Source of the DNA: Longimicrobiales bacterium
GTDB taxonomy: Bacteria; Gemmatimonadota; Gemmatimonadetes; Longimicrobiales; Gaopeijiaceae
NCBI GenBank assembly: GCA_965116905.1
Contig: OZ220732.1
Span: forward strand, 1,760,001-1,824,000
Reading direction: 5' to 3'
Length of the DNA: 64,000 nt
The translations under genes and the position numbers were made by a program. The notes under the pieces were generated by a model. It did no database searches and was not told the DNA's origin. It saw only the letters and a program-made list of their open reading frames with translations. This document shows, piece by piece, positions 40,245 through 53,011 of the stretch. The stretch's first letter is position 1; every line of letters starts with the position of its first letter.

Positions 40245-41592
40245 CCGGGCCACGCGGTTCCCTCTCGGGGCTCGCGTCACGATCGAGGCGCTGGCCGGCG
40301 ATCCCTACCCGATCTTCCACGAATTGCGGCGCTCCGAGCCGGTGACCTGGGCGCCCGCGCTCGCAATGTGGCTGCTCACGCGGCGGGACAATATCGTGGG
40401 GGTGCTCGCCGACTGGGAACGCTTCACGACCGACTCTCCGGCATCCACGATCCGCGACATCTTCGGATCGAACATGCTGACGACCGACGGCGAGGAGCAG
40501 ATCCGCTACAAGCGCCGTTTTATCGGGCCGTTCAGGCGGGGGGAACTGGAAGAGAACCTGCTGGGGACGGTTCAGGGCGTACTGGACGAACTGATGGCGG
40601 AGCTGGAGGCGGGGTCGGGGGACTCGGGTGCCGACGGAAGGCGGGCCGACCTGCGGTCCCGGTTGGCGCGTCCGCTGTCGGTGCGGAGCATCTGCCGCGT
40701 GCTGGGGTTGCCTGATGAGGATGGCCCACGGTTGCTGCACTGGTACGACCACTTCGCCGCCGCTCTTGAGAACTTTACGGGCGAGCCTGCGGTGAGGGCC
40801 GCGGGGAAGGGCGCGGCGCGCGAATTCCGCGACTACGTGACGCCGTTTCTGCGGGGCGAGCGTGCGGTGCCGCACGGTTCCATGATCGCGGCGCTGCTGA
40901 GCGAACGGGATCCATACCGGCCGGGTGGCGGTGCCCGGCGCGGCTGGGGCGACCCGCTCTCGGAGTCGGAGATGGTGGCCAACCTGCTGCTCGTCCTGTT
41001 CGGCGGAATCGAGACCACGGAGTCGATGATCGGCAACGCCTTCTGGGCGGCGCTTTCGCACCCGGAGGTGGCGGAGGGGCTGGCGGCGGAGTGCTCCCGC
41101 GAGAGGGAACCCGGGGTGGCGCGGCCCGGCACCGGCACGGGGCACCGTCAGGGCGGCTCGCTGTTGGCCGCGGTCATCGAGGAGTCGATGCGGTGGGAAC
41201 CCGCCGTGCAATCCTGCATGCGCTTCGCCACGGAGGACGTCGAAATCCGGGGCGTGCCCATCGCGCAGGGCGAGGCGGTCCACTGCCTCCTGGGCGCCGC
41301 CAACCGCGATCCGGCACATTTTCCGGACCCCGACCGCTTCGACCCGGACCGCCACAACGCACGCGACCACCTCGCCTTCGGGACGGGCCGGCATTTCTGT
41401 CTCGGCGCATCATTGGCGCGGATCGAAGCGGAGCAGGCCCTGGCCAGGGTCTTCGGGGGCCTGCACGGCCTGCGCCTGGACCCGGAGCGTCCTTCACGGC
41501 CCCACGGGCACGAGTTCCGCACGCCTCCGACCGTATGCGTGCGATGGGAGCCCCCGCAGGCTTCGATTGGCCGATCCGGCACGGGGGTTTAG
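40237..41592 (+). CDS. Cytochrome P450
   Basis: GGIETT I-helix, ESMR (ExxR), ANRDP, FGTGRHFCLG heme motif. Confidence 0.93.
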   Translation: MTDRATRFPLGARVTIEALAGDPYPIFHELRRSEPVTWAPALAMWLLTRRDNIVGVLADWERFTTDSPASTIRDIFGSNMLTTDGEEQIRYKRRFIGPFRRGELEENLLGTVQGVLDELMAELEAGSGDSGADGRRADLRSRLARPLSVRSICRVLGLPDEDGPRLLHWYDHFAAALENFTGEPAVRAAGKGAAREFRDYVTPFLRGERAVPHGSMIAALLSERDPYRPGGGARRGWGDPLSESEMVANLLLVLFGGIETTESMIGNAFWAALSHPEVAEGLAAECSREREPGVARPGTGTGHRQGGSLLAAVIEESMRWEPAVQSCMRFATEDVEIRGVPIAQGEAVHCLLGAANRDPAHFPDPDRFDPDRHNARDHLAFGTGRHFCLGASLARIEAEQALARVFGGLHGLRLDPERPSRPHGHEFRTPPTVCVRWEPPQASIGRSGTGV

Positions 41593-41640
41593 AATTCGAG
41601 GTTCGCGATAGGATGGGTGGTGGAGATACCAAGGAGAATG

Positions 41641-42402
41641 ATGATGTCCGACAAACCCCTGGGACGTTTCACGTGGCATGAACTGATGACGTCGGATCCA
41701 GACGCAGCGCGCGGTTTCTACACGCGCCTGGTGGGCTGGGGAACCAGTATCTGGGACAGCGGCAGCGACCCCTACGAGATGTGGATGAACGGCGAAATGC
41801 CGGTGGGCGGACTGATGGGCCTGCCGACGCCCGAAGTGCCGCCGTGCTGGCTTTCCTACCTGTCGACGCCCGATCTGGATGAGACGCTTGCCAGCGTCCG
41901 GCGTCTCGGTGGGACGGTCATGGAGGAAATGGCGGTGCCGGAGGTGGGTCGTTTCGCCGTGCTCCAGGATCCGCAGGGCGGAGTCTTCGCCGTCCTCGAA
42001 CCCGAGGGCGACGCAGCGGGTCACGACGGCCCGCCGCAGACGGGCGAGTTTTCCTGGCGCGACCTGGCGACCACCGACATGGACGCCGCCTGGGCCTTCT
42101 ACTCGGAGGTGTTCGGTCTTCAGGCCGCCAACAGGATGGACATGGGACCCAACGGCTTCTACCAGATGTTCCACCGGGGTGCACATCCGCTGGGCGGCAT
42201 CTACAATGCGCCCGACGGAGTGCCGACGGGTTGGCTGCTGTACATCCGCGTCCCCGACGCGCACGCGGCGGCCGAAGCGGTCAAGGAGATGGGAGGACAG
42301 GTCCTCAACGGCCCGATGGAGGTGCCGGGGGGTGACTTCATCGCGCAGTGCCTGGACGCGCAGGGAGTGCCGTTCGCGGTCCATTCCGTCACGAACGGCT
42401 GA
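41641..42402 (+). CDS. VOC/glyoxalase-family protein (tandem domains)
   Basis: FTWHELMT / FSWRDLAT duplicated domains; DPQGG. Confidence 0.88.
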   Translation: MMSDKPLGRFTWHELMTSDPDAARGFYTRLVGWGTSIWDSGSDPYEMWMNGEMPVGGLMGLPTPEVPPCWLSYLSTPDLDETLASVRRLGGTVMEEMAVPEVGRFAVLQDPQGGVFAVLEPEGDAAGHDGPPQTGEFSWRDLATTDMDAAWAFYSEVFGLQAANRMDMGPNGFYQMFHRGAHPLGGIYNAPDGVPTGWLLYIRVPDAHAAAEAVKEMGGQVLNGPMEVPGGDFIAQCLDAQGVPFAVHSVTNG

Positions 42403-42436
42403 CGTTCCGACGCCCCGCGAGGGGCAGGAGGCGACC

Positions 42437-44134
42437 ATGACGCGCCGATCCATCATCAGGCGCGCAGATCCGCACACCGGCCCCCGGCGCCGGTCTGCCG
42501 CGCTCCTGGTCGCCGCACTCCTGTTCGCCGCGTGTGCGCGGGGTGGCGAAACGGCCGACCTCATCATCCTCGGCGGCACGATCGTGGACGGCTCGGGCGA
42601 CCCGCCCCGCACCGGAACCGTCGTGATTGCGGGGCACAGCATCGTCACCGTGGGCGGTGCCGCGGCCGATGGTGGCGGCGCACAGGCCATCGACACGATC
42701 GACGCCACCGGCCTCGTGGTGGCTCCCGGCTTCATCGATGTCCACAATCACACGCCGCCGGCGATCGTACTGCCCGGCAACCACCTCAACGAGGGCTTCA
42801 TCCGGCAGGGCGTGACGACCGTGTTCGGGGGTCCCGACGGTGCTTTCGCCCCGGCGCACATCCGCCGTTTCTCGGAGCTGTACGCGGCGCAGGGGATCGG
42901 GACCAACGTGGCGTTCTATATAGGGCACAACGGCATCCGCAACGAGGTCCTCGGTGACGACCAGCAGCGGGCCCCGACGCCCGACGAGCTCGAGACCATG
43001 CGCGCCCTCGTGCGCGAAGGGATGGAGCTCGGCGCCTTCGGCCTCTCGACCGGCCTGATGTACGAGCCCGGCATGTTTTCCGGGACGGCCGAGGTGATCG
43101 CGCTCGCCATGGAAGCCGCGGAGTACGGCGGCGTGTACGATTCGCACGTCCGCAACCCCGTGCACGACTTTGTCGGATCGGACCGCGAGGTGGTCGAGAT
43201 CGCGGAGACTGCGGGACTCCCGGGCAAGATCGGTCACCTGAAGGCGGTGGGCCTGCACAACGAGGGCGTGATCGCCGACATCGTGGAACTGGTGGAGAGC
43301 GCACGCGAGCGGGGAGTCGTGGTCGTGTCCGACCAGTACCCGTACGACGGGGCGGCGACGGCCAGCCTGACCGGAATCGTCGTCGCGCCGCCGGACCTGG
43401 AGGGACTGGAGGCTTTCCGCCAGATGCAACGGCAGGGCCGGACCGACGAAGCGATGGTGCAGCTCAAGGCGGCGCTGGCGGATCCGGAATCACGCGCCAG
43501 GCTCAGGGACGCCAGCGAGAACGGGGTGGACGGGGGCTTTGCGTGGCTGAAGGCGACCGGGTACACCAGCATGAGAATCACCAGTTCGGCCGACTACCCG
43601 GAACTCGTCGGCGCGTACCTCTCGGAGATCGCGGAACGGCGGGGCCAGGACCCCTTCGACGCGGTCGCGGACCTGATCGTGGGGTCCACGCAGCCCGTCA
43701 ACCTGACCCTGGGTGCGATCAAGGAGCACGATGTGCGCCGGCTCATGATCCAGCCGTGGAACATGATCGCGAGCGACGGCGGCTATGCCGACGGCTCCGA
43801 CGCCCAGGCCGGGCACCCCCGCAGCGCCGGGACCTTTCCGCGCCTGATCGGCCACTACGCCCGGGACGAGGGGGTCCTGTCGCTGGAAGAGGCCGTGCGC
43901 AAGATCACCTCGCTCCCCGCGAGCTTTCACGGCATCGGTGACCGCGGCCGACTGGCTGCCGGAATGCGCGCGGACATCGCGATCTTCGACCCCGCCACGA
44001 TCATCGACCGTTCGGACTGGGACCACCCACAGCGCTTCGCCGAAGGGATGGTGCACGTTCTCGTGAACGGCGTGCCGGTCCTGCGCGATGCCGAAATGAC
44101 CGGCGAGGCCCCGGGCGAGGTGGTGAAACGGTAG
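42437..44134 (+). CDS. D-aminoacylase-family amidohydrolase (lipoprotein; paralog of 10747-12345)
   Basis: Lipobox FAAC; PGFIDVHNH, STGLMY, HPRSAGTFPR. Confidence 0.9.
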   Translation: MTRRSIIRRADPHTGPRRRSAALLVAALLFAACARGGETADLIILGGTIVDGSGDPPRTGTVVIAGHSIVTVGGAAADGGGAQAIDTIDATGLVVAPGFIDVHNHTPPAIVLPGNHLNEGFIRQGVTTVFGGPDGAFAPAHIRRFSELYAAQGIGTNVAFYIGHNGIRNEVLGDDQQRAPTPDELETMRALVREGMELGAFGLSTGLMYEPGMFSGTAEVIALAMEAAEYGGVYDSHVRNPVHDFVGSDREVVEIAETAGLPGKIGHLKAVGLHNEGVIADIVELVESARERGVVVVSDQYPYDGAATASLTGIVVAPPDLEGLEAFRQMQRQGRTDEAMVQLKAALADPESRARLRDASENGVDGGFAWLKATGYTSMRITSSADYPELVGAYLSEIAERRGQDPFDAVADLIVGSTQPVNLTLGAIKEHDVRRLMIQPWNMIASDGGYADGSDAQAGHPRSAGTFPRLIGHYARDEGVLSLEEAVRKITSLPASFHGIGDRGRLAAGMRADIAIFDPATIIDRSDWDHPQRFAEGMVHVLVNGVPVLRDAEMTGEAPGEVVKR

Positions 44135-44177
44135 ATGCCCGAGGAGACGGAGACGCCATCGTGATGACGCCGCCGTG

Positions 44178-44705
44178 ATGACGCCGCGTTCCCCTGAGGG
44201 TTCCCCGAAGGTGACCTTCCGCCCCATGGTTCCGGGGGATTGGCCCACCGTGGCGGAGATCTACCGGCAGGGCATCGAGTCCGGCAACGCGACCTTCGAG
44301 ACCGAAGTGCCGGACTGGGAGAGCTGGGACGCCGCGCGGCATTCCGCCTGCCGGATCGTGGCCGCGGTGGACGGCGAGACGGTCGGGTTCGCGGCGCTGA
44401 GCCCCGTGTCCGGCCGACCCGTCTATGCCGGCGTGCAGGAGGTCATGATCTACGTCGCCACGGCGGCGCGCGGCCAGGGCGTGGGCGGGCGGCTGCTCGA
44501 ACGGCTCGTTCGGGACACCGAGGCCGAGGGGATCTGGACCCTGAAGGCGGGGATCTTCCCCGAGAACCGTGCATCGATCCACGTCTTCGAGCAGGTCGGT
44601 TTCCGGATTCTGGGGACACACGACCGTCTCGGCCGCTTCCACGACGGACGCTGGCGCGACGTGGTCCTGATGGAACGGCGAAGCGCCGTCGCGGGCCTGG
44701 ACTGA
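44178..44705 (+). CDS. GNAT acetyltransferase (phosphinothricin/MddA-like)
   Basis: IYRQGI..ATFETEVP, RGQGVG, IFPENRASI, WRDVVLME. Confidence 0.88.
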   Translation: MTPRSPEGSPKVTFRPMVPGDWPTVAEIYRQGIESGNATFETEVPDWESWDAARHSACRIVAAVDGETVGFAALSPVSGRPVYAGVQEVMIYVATAARGQGVGGRLLERLVRDTEAEGIWTLKAGIFPENRASIHVFEQVGFRILGTHDRLGRFHDGRWRDVVLMERRSAVAGLD

Positions 44706-44763
44706 CGAGCCGTCAGGGAGCGGCGCCTCGCGGAGCGGCGCCTCGCACGTCGATGGTGGCCGA

Positions 44764-45816
<1,053 letters not shown>

Positions 45817-45959
45817 TTGGCGGTGCCCGGGGTTGGGGTGGGGTGGGTGACTGCCGTGGGCTCGGCCGCTTCGGGGCGGCACCATGGCAACACTATAGCA
45901 GCACTATAGCAGGGAACATTTGTGGCGCAATCGACACGGGGCGGTCTCGCAAGCCGCGG

Positions 45960-48900
45960 CTACGACACCGGCCGGCCACGCGCCCGGACACTGATCGGTT
46001 GCACACCGCTCTCTTCGAGGAATGCGTTGAACGCGTTCACCGCGTCCAGCAACTCGCCGAGCGTGCTCTCGTGGCCGGCCCATTCCTCCCGCAGGTCGGA
46101 CCAGCGCTGGCGCGCCCCGGCCGTCACCGGCGGCTCCGAACCGTCCACCGAGCCGATCAGCGCCAGGATCTGCGCGTCCAGCTTGTTGCGGAAGTTGATC
46201 ACGTCCTGGAAGGTCCGCTGCCGGCGTTGCACCAACTCTCCTTCCCACTCCGTAATGGAGCCGGTCAGCGATTCACCCGATGCCCGGATCGAGTCGGCCA
46301 ACGGATGCTCCTCCGTGCGCTCCACGATCGCGTCGACCTGTGCCGATACGTCTGCGAGTTCGTTGACCGCCCCGTACAGGTCGCGGATCACCTGCTGGGC
46401 CTCGGCCACGAAGCGCTCCTGGGTATCGTATTGGTCACGCGTTGCGCTCCATCGGGGGTCGGGCGCCAGCGAGACCGTGACCGTCCTGCTCTCTTCACCG
46501 TGCGTCAGCCGGACCTGGTAGTCCCCCGGCGCGACCACACGGCCCTGGAGGCTGCCGAATTGCTGGTACCCCTCGATGCCCGCGATCGCGTCGTGGCGGT
46601 AGTCCCATGCCAGCCGGTTCAGCCCCGCCTCGGGGACCGGCATCGAGGAGTAGTCCTCGTTCCCCGCGGCCTCGGGATCGGTGGCGAAGGTGCGGATCGC
46701 GCTCCCGTCGGCCCCCACGATCTCGATGGTGACCAGCGAGTCCGGCGCTTCCGCGAACGCGTAGAAGATCTGCGCTCCGCCCGGAGGATTGGCCCCGGTC
46801 GTGCCGGCTCCGCCCCCACCGCCGAAGCCGCCGCCGAACGAGGCCATGACCGTCTCGCGCGGGGTGAAGAGATGCATGTCGGCGGCCACCACGCTCTCGT
46901 CCAGCTGCTGCACCGGCGACAGGTCGTCGAGGATCCAGAACCCGCGGCCCTGCGTGGACGCCACCAGGTCGTTGTTGCGAATGGTGAGGTCGGTGATGGG
47001 CACGACGGGCAGGCCCAGCTGCCACTCCTCCCAGCTGTCCCCGGCGTCGCCCGACAGGAAGAGCCCCATCTCGGTGCCGGCGTAGAGGAGACCCGGGGTG
47101 ACCGGATCCTCGCGCACGACCCGCACCCAGTGTTCGTCGCCGATGCCGGCCGCCACGGCCTCCCAGCTCGCTCCGTAGTCGCGCGTCCGGAAGATCATCG
47201 GCGTGAAGTCGTTGAACTTGTAGGCGGACGCGGCCACGTAGGCGGTGGCCGGGTCGTGCGGCGAGACCTCGATCGAGTTGATCATCGCGCGGTCGACATC
47301 CGGCGGGGTGACCTCGGTCCAGGTCGTTCCGCTGTCGCGCGTGAGCTGGACCAGGCCGTCGTCGGTGCCCACCCAGAGCGTGCCGGCCTCGTGGGGTGAC
47401 TCGACCAGGGCCATGATCGTGTTGTAGTTCTCGCCCCCGGCCCCCTCGTTGGTGATCGGGGTGCCGCCGGCGCCCTGCTTGTCCTCCTCGTCACGGGTCA
47501 GGTCGGGCGAGACGGGCTCCCAGCTCTGGCCGCGGTCGCGGGTGGCGAACACCACGTTCCCGGCGTGGTAGATCGTGTTCGGGTCGTGGGGTGAAGCCAC
47601 GATCGGGGCGTTCCAGTTGAACCGGTAGCGCTGCTCACCGGCGTAGGTGCCGAGGCCGAGGAAGGGGTAGGCCATGATGGCCTTTCGCAGGCCGGTATCA
47701 CGGTTCCAGCGATCGATCAGCCCCTGGTAGCAGCCGCCGAAGATATCCACCGGGTCGTTCTCGTCGAAGGCCAGAAACGCGCTCTCGCACCCCGCCACGG
47801 AGTAGAAGTCGCCCCAGCCGATGCCGCCGGGCGCTGCCGACGGGATGCCGATCGCAGAGTTGTCCTGCTGGCCCCCGTAGACGTGATAGGGGAATTGGTT
47901 GTCCGTGATGACCCGGTAGAACTGCGCCGTCGGCTGGTTGCGCTGCGTGGACCAGCTGTCGCCCCCGTTGAAGCTGACGTTGGCGCCGCCGTCGTTGGCG
48001 TTGATCATGTTGTCCGCGTCGGCGGGGTTGATCCACAGGTCGTGGTTGTCGCCGTGCGGCACCTGCACCGGCGAGAAGGAGCGCCCCCCGTCGATCGACT
48101 TCAGGAACGGCGCGTTCATCACGTACACCGTCTCTTCGTCCTGCGGATCGGCAAAGATCTTCATGTAGTACCAGGAGCGGGTCTGGACGATGCGGTCCGA
48201 GTTCGTCTGCTGCCACGAGGCGCCCCCGTCGTCGGACCGGTACACGCCCCCCTGGTCGGGCTCGGCCTCCACGACCGCGTAGAGCCGGTCGGGATTCGCG
48301 CGCGAAACGTCGATGCCGATCTTGCCGACCAGGTCCGGCAGACCCTCGTTGATCTGCTCCCACGTGTCCCCGCTGTCCGTCGACTTCCAGATGCCGCTGC
48401 CCTCGCCACCCGACTCGACCACCCAGGGGCGCCGGAGGTGGTCCCAGAACGCCGCATAGAGAATGCGCGGGTTGGTCATGTCCATGGCGAGTGCCGAGGC
48501 GCCGACGCGAGGGGAGACGTACAGCACCTTCTCCCAGCTCCGGCCCCCGTCCATGGTCCGGTAGACGCCGCGGTCCTCCGTCTCGCCGTAGGGGGCTCCC
48601 TGGGCGGCGACGTACACGATGTCGGGGTCGCGCGGGTGGATCCGGATGCGCGAGATGGCGCGCGTGCGCTCGAGTCCCATGTGCGTCCAGCTCCTTCCCG
48701 CGTCGGTCGACAGGTAGACGCCGTCGCCGTGAGAGGTGGTCACGCCGCGCACCGCGTGCTCGCCCATGCCCACCCACACCACGTTGGGGTCCGATTCGGC
48801 GACCGCGACCGCTCCGACCGAGCCGGTCCCGAAATGCCCATCGCTCACGTTGGTCCAGGTAATGCCGGCGTCGGTGGTCTTCCACACGCCGCCCCCGGTG

Positions 48901-49220
48901 GCGCCGAAGTAGTACGTCTGGTCGTCCCCGGCCACCCCCGTGACCGTGACCGAGCGCCCGCCGCGGGTGGGGCCGATGTTCCGCCATGACATGGCCTGCG
49001 TGTATCGGGCCAGGGCGGTGGTGTCGGGGGCCTGGGCGGCTGCGAGCGCCGGGGCCAGCGCGAGCGCAGGGGCCAGCGTGGCCGCCGGGGCCAGCGTCAA
49101 CGTCGGGGCCAGCGTGGCTGCGAGGGCCAGCGTGAACGTCGGGGCCAGGGTGGCCGCGAAGGCGATCAGTCGTGCGACCGGGTTCGGGCGGCGGGTGCGC
49201 GAGCGTGGGTGGACGGACAT
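45960..49220 (-). CDS. Secreted VPS10/BNR Asp-box glycosyl hydrolase-like protein
   Basis: WRNIGPTRGGR; many S/T-x-D-x-G-x-T/S-W Asp boxes; C-terminal coiled coil. Confidence 0.88.
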   Translation of the reverse strand: MSVHPRSRTRRPNPVARLIAFAATLAPTFTLALAATLAPTLTLAPAATLAPALALAPALAAAQAPDTTALARYTQAMSWRNIGPTRGGRSVTVTGVAGDDQTYYFGATGGGVWKTTDAGITWTNVSDGHFGTGSVGAVAVAESDPNVVWVGMGEHAVRGVTTSHGDGVYLSTDAGRSWTHMGLERTRAISRIRIHPRDPDIVYVAAQGAPYGETEDRGVYRTMDGGRSWEKVLYVSPRVGASALAMDMTNPRILYAAFWDHLRRPWVVESGGEGSGIWKSTDSGDTWEQINEGLPDLVGKIGIDVSRANPDRLYAVVEAEPDQGGVYRSDDGGASWQQTNSDRIVQTRSWYYMKIFADPQDEETVYVMNAPFLKSIDGGRSFSPVQVPHGDNHDLWINPADADNMINANDGGANVSFNGGDSWSTQRNQPTAQFYRVITDNQFPYHVYGGQQDNSAIGIPSAAPGGIGWGDFYSVAGCESAFLAFDENDPVDIFGGCYQGLIDRWNRDTGLRKAIMAYPFLGLGTYAGEQRYRFNWNAPIVASPHDPNTIYHAGNVVFATRDRGQSWEPVSPDLTRDEEDKQGAGGTPITNEGAGGENYNTIMALVESPHEAGTLWVGTDDGLVQLTRDSGTTWTEVTPPDVDRAMINSIEVSPHDPATAYVAASAYKFNDFTPMIFRTRDYGASWEAVAAGIGDEHWVRVVREDPVTPGLLYAGTEMGLFLSGDAGDSWEEWQLGLPVVPITDLTIRNNDLVASTQGRGFWILDDLSPVQQLDESVVAADMHLFTPRETVMASFGGGFGGGGGAGTTGANPPGGAQIFYAFAEAPDSLVTIEIVGADGSAIRTFATDPEAAGNEDYSSMPVPEAGLNRLAWDYRHDAIAGIEGYQQFGSLQGRVVAPGDYQVRLTHGEESRTVTVSLAPDPRWSATRDQYDTQERFVAEAQQVIRDLYGAVNELADVSAQVDAIVERTEEHPLADSIRASGESLTGSITEWEGELVQRRQRTFQDVINFRNKLDAQILALIGSVDGSEPPVTAGARQRWSDLREEWAGHESTLGELLDAVNAFNAFLEESGVQPISVRARGRPVS

Positions 49221-49332
49221 GGGTGATGGATCTCCGGTTAGCGGGTGGAAACGAACGCTTCCAACCTTAGCCGCGCGCATCCGCGTTGCCTAGCGGCCGA
49301 TCGTGACACAGTTTCGCTTCCACGCACCACAC

Positions 49333-49404
49333 GGACCCACCAGGCACGGACCCGCCAGGCACGACCCGCCAGGCACCGACCTGGCAGGCACGACCCGCCG
49401 GGCG
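49333..49404. repeat. Degenerate 14-15-bp tandem repeat (CAGGCACGACCCGC-like, ~4 copies)
   Basis: caggcacggacccgc caggcacgacccgc caggcaccgacctgg caggcacgacccgc in the divergent intergenic region. Confidence 0.7.
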
Positions 49405-49431
49405 ATCCGTCATGGCCACGGGAGGAAGCAG

Positions 49432-51516
49432 ATGACCGTCAACGCGAAGCTCACGGCAATCCTCATGTTCGCCGGCGGCGCCGTTGTCGCAGGCACGTTC
49501 GCGAGTGCCGCCCCGCTCCACGCCCAGACGGAGGACGATCCCGTCGTGCGGCTTGTGGCCACGCCAGCCGAACTGACCCTGCGGGTCGGGGACGAGGCGC
49601 GGGTGACCATCGCCGGCTACACGCGTTCCGGCGCCCGCGTGGAGGATCCCGTGGTGCGCCTGGTGGGTCCGCGCGCGGCGGTGCGGGTGCGGCAGGGTGT
49701 CGTGACCGCGCTCGCCGCGGGAGACTACGCGCTGGTCGCAACGCTGGTACAGGATGGCGGTGCTCCGGCAGGCGAGCCGGTTACCGTGCGGGTGCCGGTC
49801 GGCATCGGCTGGCCCACCGTCGCCCAGGTGGTCGTCTCTGCCCCCACCAACGACCGCTTTTTCGTGGGCACCTCGATCCGCCTGGCTGTGCGGGCCGAGC
49901 ACGAGGACGGCAGCGCGCGCGCCGATCCGGACGTGGCGTGGCGCAGCGAATCGCCGGACATCGCCACCGTCGACGGCTTCGGGCGCGTCACGGGCGTCGC
50001 CCCCGGCACGGCGACCATCACCGCCACGGTCGAAGGGGTCGAGGGCACGGCGACGCTCTCCGCGGCCACCTTCACAGGCGCATCGCTCGAGATCGTCGGC
50101 GGGGCAGCGCGCGCCCGCACCGGCGACGTCATCGGCTTCGGCGCGGAGGTGAGGGACGGCGCCGGCGACCTCGTCAGCGGCGTCCCCGTCGAGTGGTCGC
50201 ACGCGTACGAAGCGGCCGAGGGAGTCATTGCGCCGCCCGCTCCGGCGCAAATGCACGGCAGCCGGTTCGTCGCGGATGTCCCCGGGGTCTACACGGTCAT
50301 CGCCGACGCGGGCCCCCTGTCCGCGCGCACGTCCTTCCGGGTCGTCGAGCGCGACGTCATCCAGAAGCTGGAGATTCACGGGCAGGGGAGGGAACAGCGG
50401 GTGCGGACCACCGACTTCTGGGTCTTCGAGGGCCGGGACGGACGGGACTACGCGCTCACCGGCGCCAAGCGCTCCGACGGCCACGGCTTCGTCTGGGACG
50501 TGACCGAGCCCGGCAACATCTTCAAGACCGATTCGATCCAGGTCGACGCGCGCTCGGTCAACGACATGAAGGTCTCGCCGGACGCGCGCTACGCCACAAT
50601 GACCCGCGAAGGCGCGTCGAACAGGCGCAACGGCGTGGTGATTCTGGATCTCGCGGACCCCGCGCACCCGGTGATCGCGTCCGAAGTGACCGACTACGGG
50701 CTCACCGGCGGTGTCCACAACGCCTTCCCCACCGAGAGTCACCTCTTTGCGCTGGCGGGCGGGGACAAGTACGTGATCCTCGACATGAGCGACCTCTACA
50801 ACCCGCGCTTCGTGGGGGAATACAACCATCCGAACAGCCGTCTGCACGATGTGTGGGTGCTGGACGGGCTCGCGTACTCGGCGGAGTGGGAGAACGGCCT
50901 GGTGGTGGTCGACGTGGGCGACGGGCGCTGGGGCGGTTCGCCCGAAAACCCGGTTCTCGTGAGTAGCTATCCGATCCCGGGCGGCGCCACGCACGCGGTC
51001 TTCCCGTACGTGTCGGAGTCGACGGGCAAGCACTACGTCTTCCTGGGCGACGAGATCATGAGCCGGCGCGGGCTGGCGTGGGAAGGGCCGGGGCAGGGGC
51101 GCGGATCGTACCAGCTGCCCTACGATCCCGAGACCGGCATGAACGGGATCCCGCTGGCGACCCGGGGCTACATCCAGATCGTCGACTTCTCCGATCCCGA
51201 GAATCCCGAGATGGTGGCGCGCTACGAGGTGCCCGAGTACGGAACGCACAACATCTGGGTGGAGGACGACATCCTGTACCAGGCGTACTACGAGGGAGGC
51301 GTGCGCATGGTGGACGTGTCGGGCGATCTGATGGGGAATCTGTACACGCAGGGACGCGAGATCGCGGTCTTCAAGGCCTACGACCCGATCGGCTACGTGC
51401 CCAACTCGCCGATGGCGTGGAGCGCGATGCCCTTCAAGGGCCGCATCTTCTTCTCGGACACGAACTCCGGGCTGTGGTCGGCGAGGCTGGTGCCAAGGAG
51501 CCGGCCGGTGAGTTGA
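49432..51516 (+). CDS. Secreted Ig-like + LVIVD-repeat protein (paralog 2)
   Basis: GGAGG RBS; C-terminal half shares long identical runs with 17508-19550 (e.g. THNIWVEDDILYQAYYEGG). Confidence 0.82.
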   Translation: MTVNAKLTAILMFAGGAVVAGTFASAAPLHAQTEDDPVVRLVATPAELTLRVGDEARVTIAGYTRSGARVEDPVVRLVGPRAAVRVRQGVVTALAAGDYALVATLVQDGGAPAGEPVTVRVPVGIGWPTVAQVVVSAPTNDRFFVGTSIRLAVRAEHEDGSARADPDVAWRSESPDIATVDGFGRVTGVAPGTATITATVEGVEGTATLSAATFTGASLEIVGGAARARTGDVIGFGAEVRDGAGDLVSGVPVEWSHAYEAAEGVIAPPAPAQMHGSRFVADVPGVYTVIADAGPLSARTSFRVVERDVIQKLEIHGQGREQRVRTTDFWVFEGRDGRDYALTGAKRSDGHGFVWDVTEPGNIFKTDSIQVDARSVNDMKVSPDARYATMTREGASNRRNGVVILDLADPAHPVIASEVTDYGLTGGVHNAFPTESHLFALAGGDKYVILDMSDLYNPRFVGEYNHPNSRLHDVWVLDGLAYSAEWENGLVVVDVGDGRWGGSPENPVLVSSYPIPGGATHAVFPYVSESTGKHYVFLGDEIMSRRGLAWEGPGQGRGSYQLPYDPETGMNGIPLATRGYIQIVDFSDPENPEMVARYEVPEYGTHNIWVEDDILYQAYYEGGVRMVDVSGDLMGNLYTQGREIAVFKAYDPIGYVPNSPMAWSAMPFKGRIFFSDTNSGLWSARLVPRSRPVS

Positions 51517-51527
51517 AAACGGTGGCG

Positions 51528-51590
51528 CGCACGACGCCTGAAACACCCGCGACGCCTGAAACCCGCGCGACGCGTGAAACACCGACGGCC
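51528..51590. repeat. 18-bp tandem repeat (CGACGCCTGAAACACCCG-like x3)
   Basis: cgacgcctgaaacacccg cgacgcctgaaacccgcg cgacgcgtgaaacaccga upstream of asd. Confidence 0.75.
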
Positions 51591-51610
51591 CCAAGGCGTA
51601 AAACCCTCTC

Positions 51611-52699
<1,089 letters not shown>

Positions 52700-52813
52700 G
52701 CAGCTCGCGTACCTCGCCGCCGAGAAAGGACGCCGTCTTGTCCCTTGGGCTCGGATGGGGATAGAATCACCGCGAACGTGCTCGGCCTGACGCGGCCCCA
52801 GTCGCTCGGTCGA

Positions 52814-52893
52814 TACGACAAAATCGGACATTTTACGACAATTTCGGACACTAACCCGTCAATTTCGGACAACTAACCCGTCAATTCCGGCGA
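52814..52893. repeat. Four ~21-bp-period copies of a CAATTTCGGACA-like motif
   Basis: Cores at 52819, 52839, 52860, 52882; AT-rich. Confidence 0.75.
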
Positions 52894-53011
52894 CGGCCAT
52901 GCTCCTGGCCCGCCTCAGCGACGGATCCATCCCGGGAGCCGACCCATCCATTCCCTCATTTCAACCCTTGTCCGCGCCCAGGAAGTCCCGGGCGGCGAGA
53001 GCTCCAACCTC

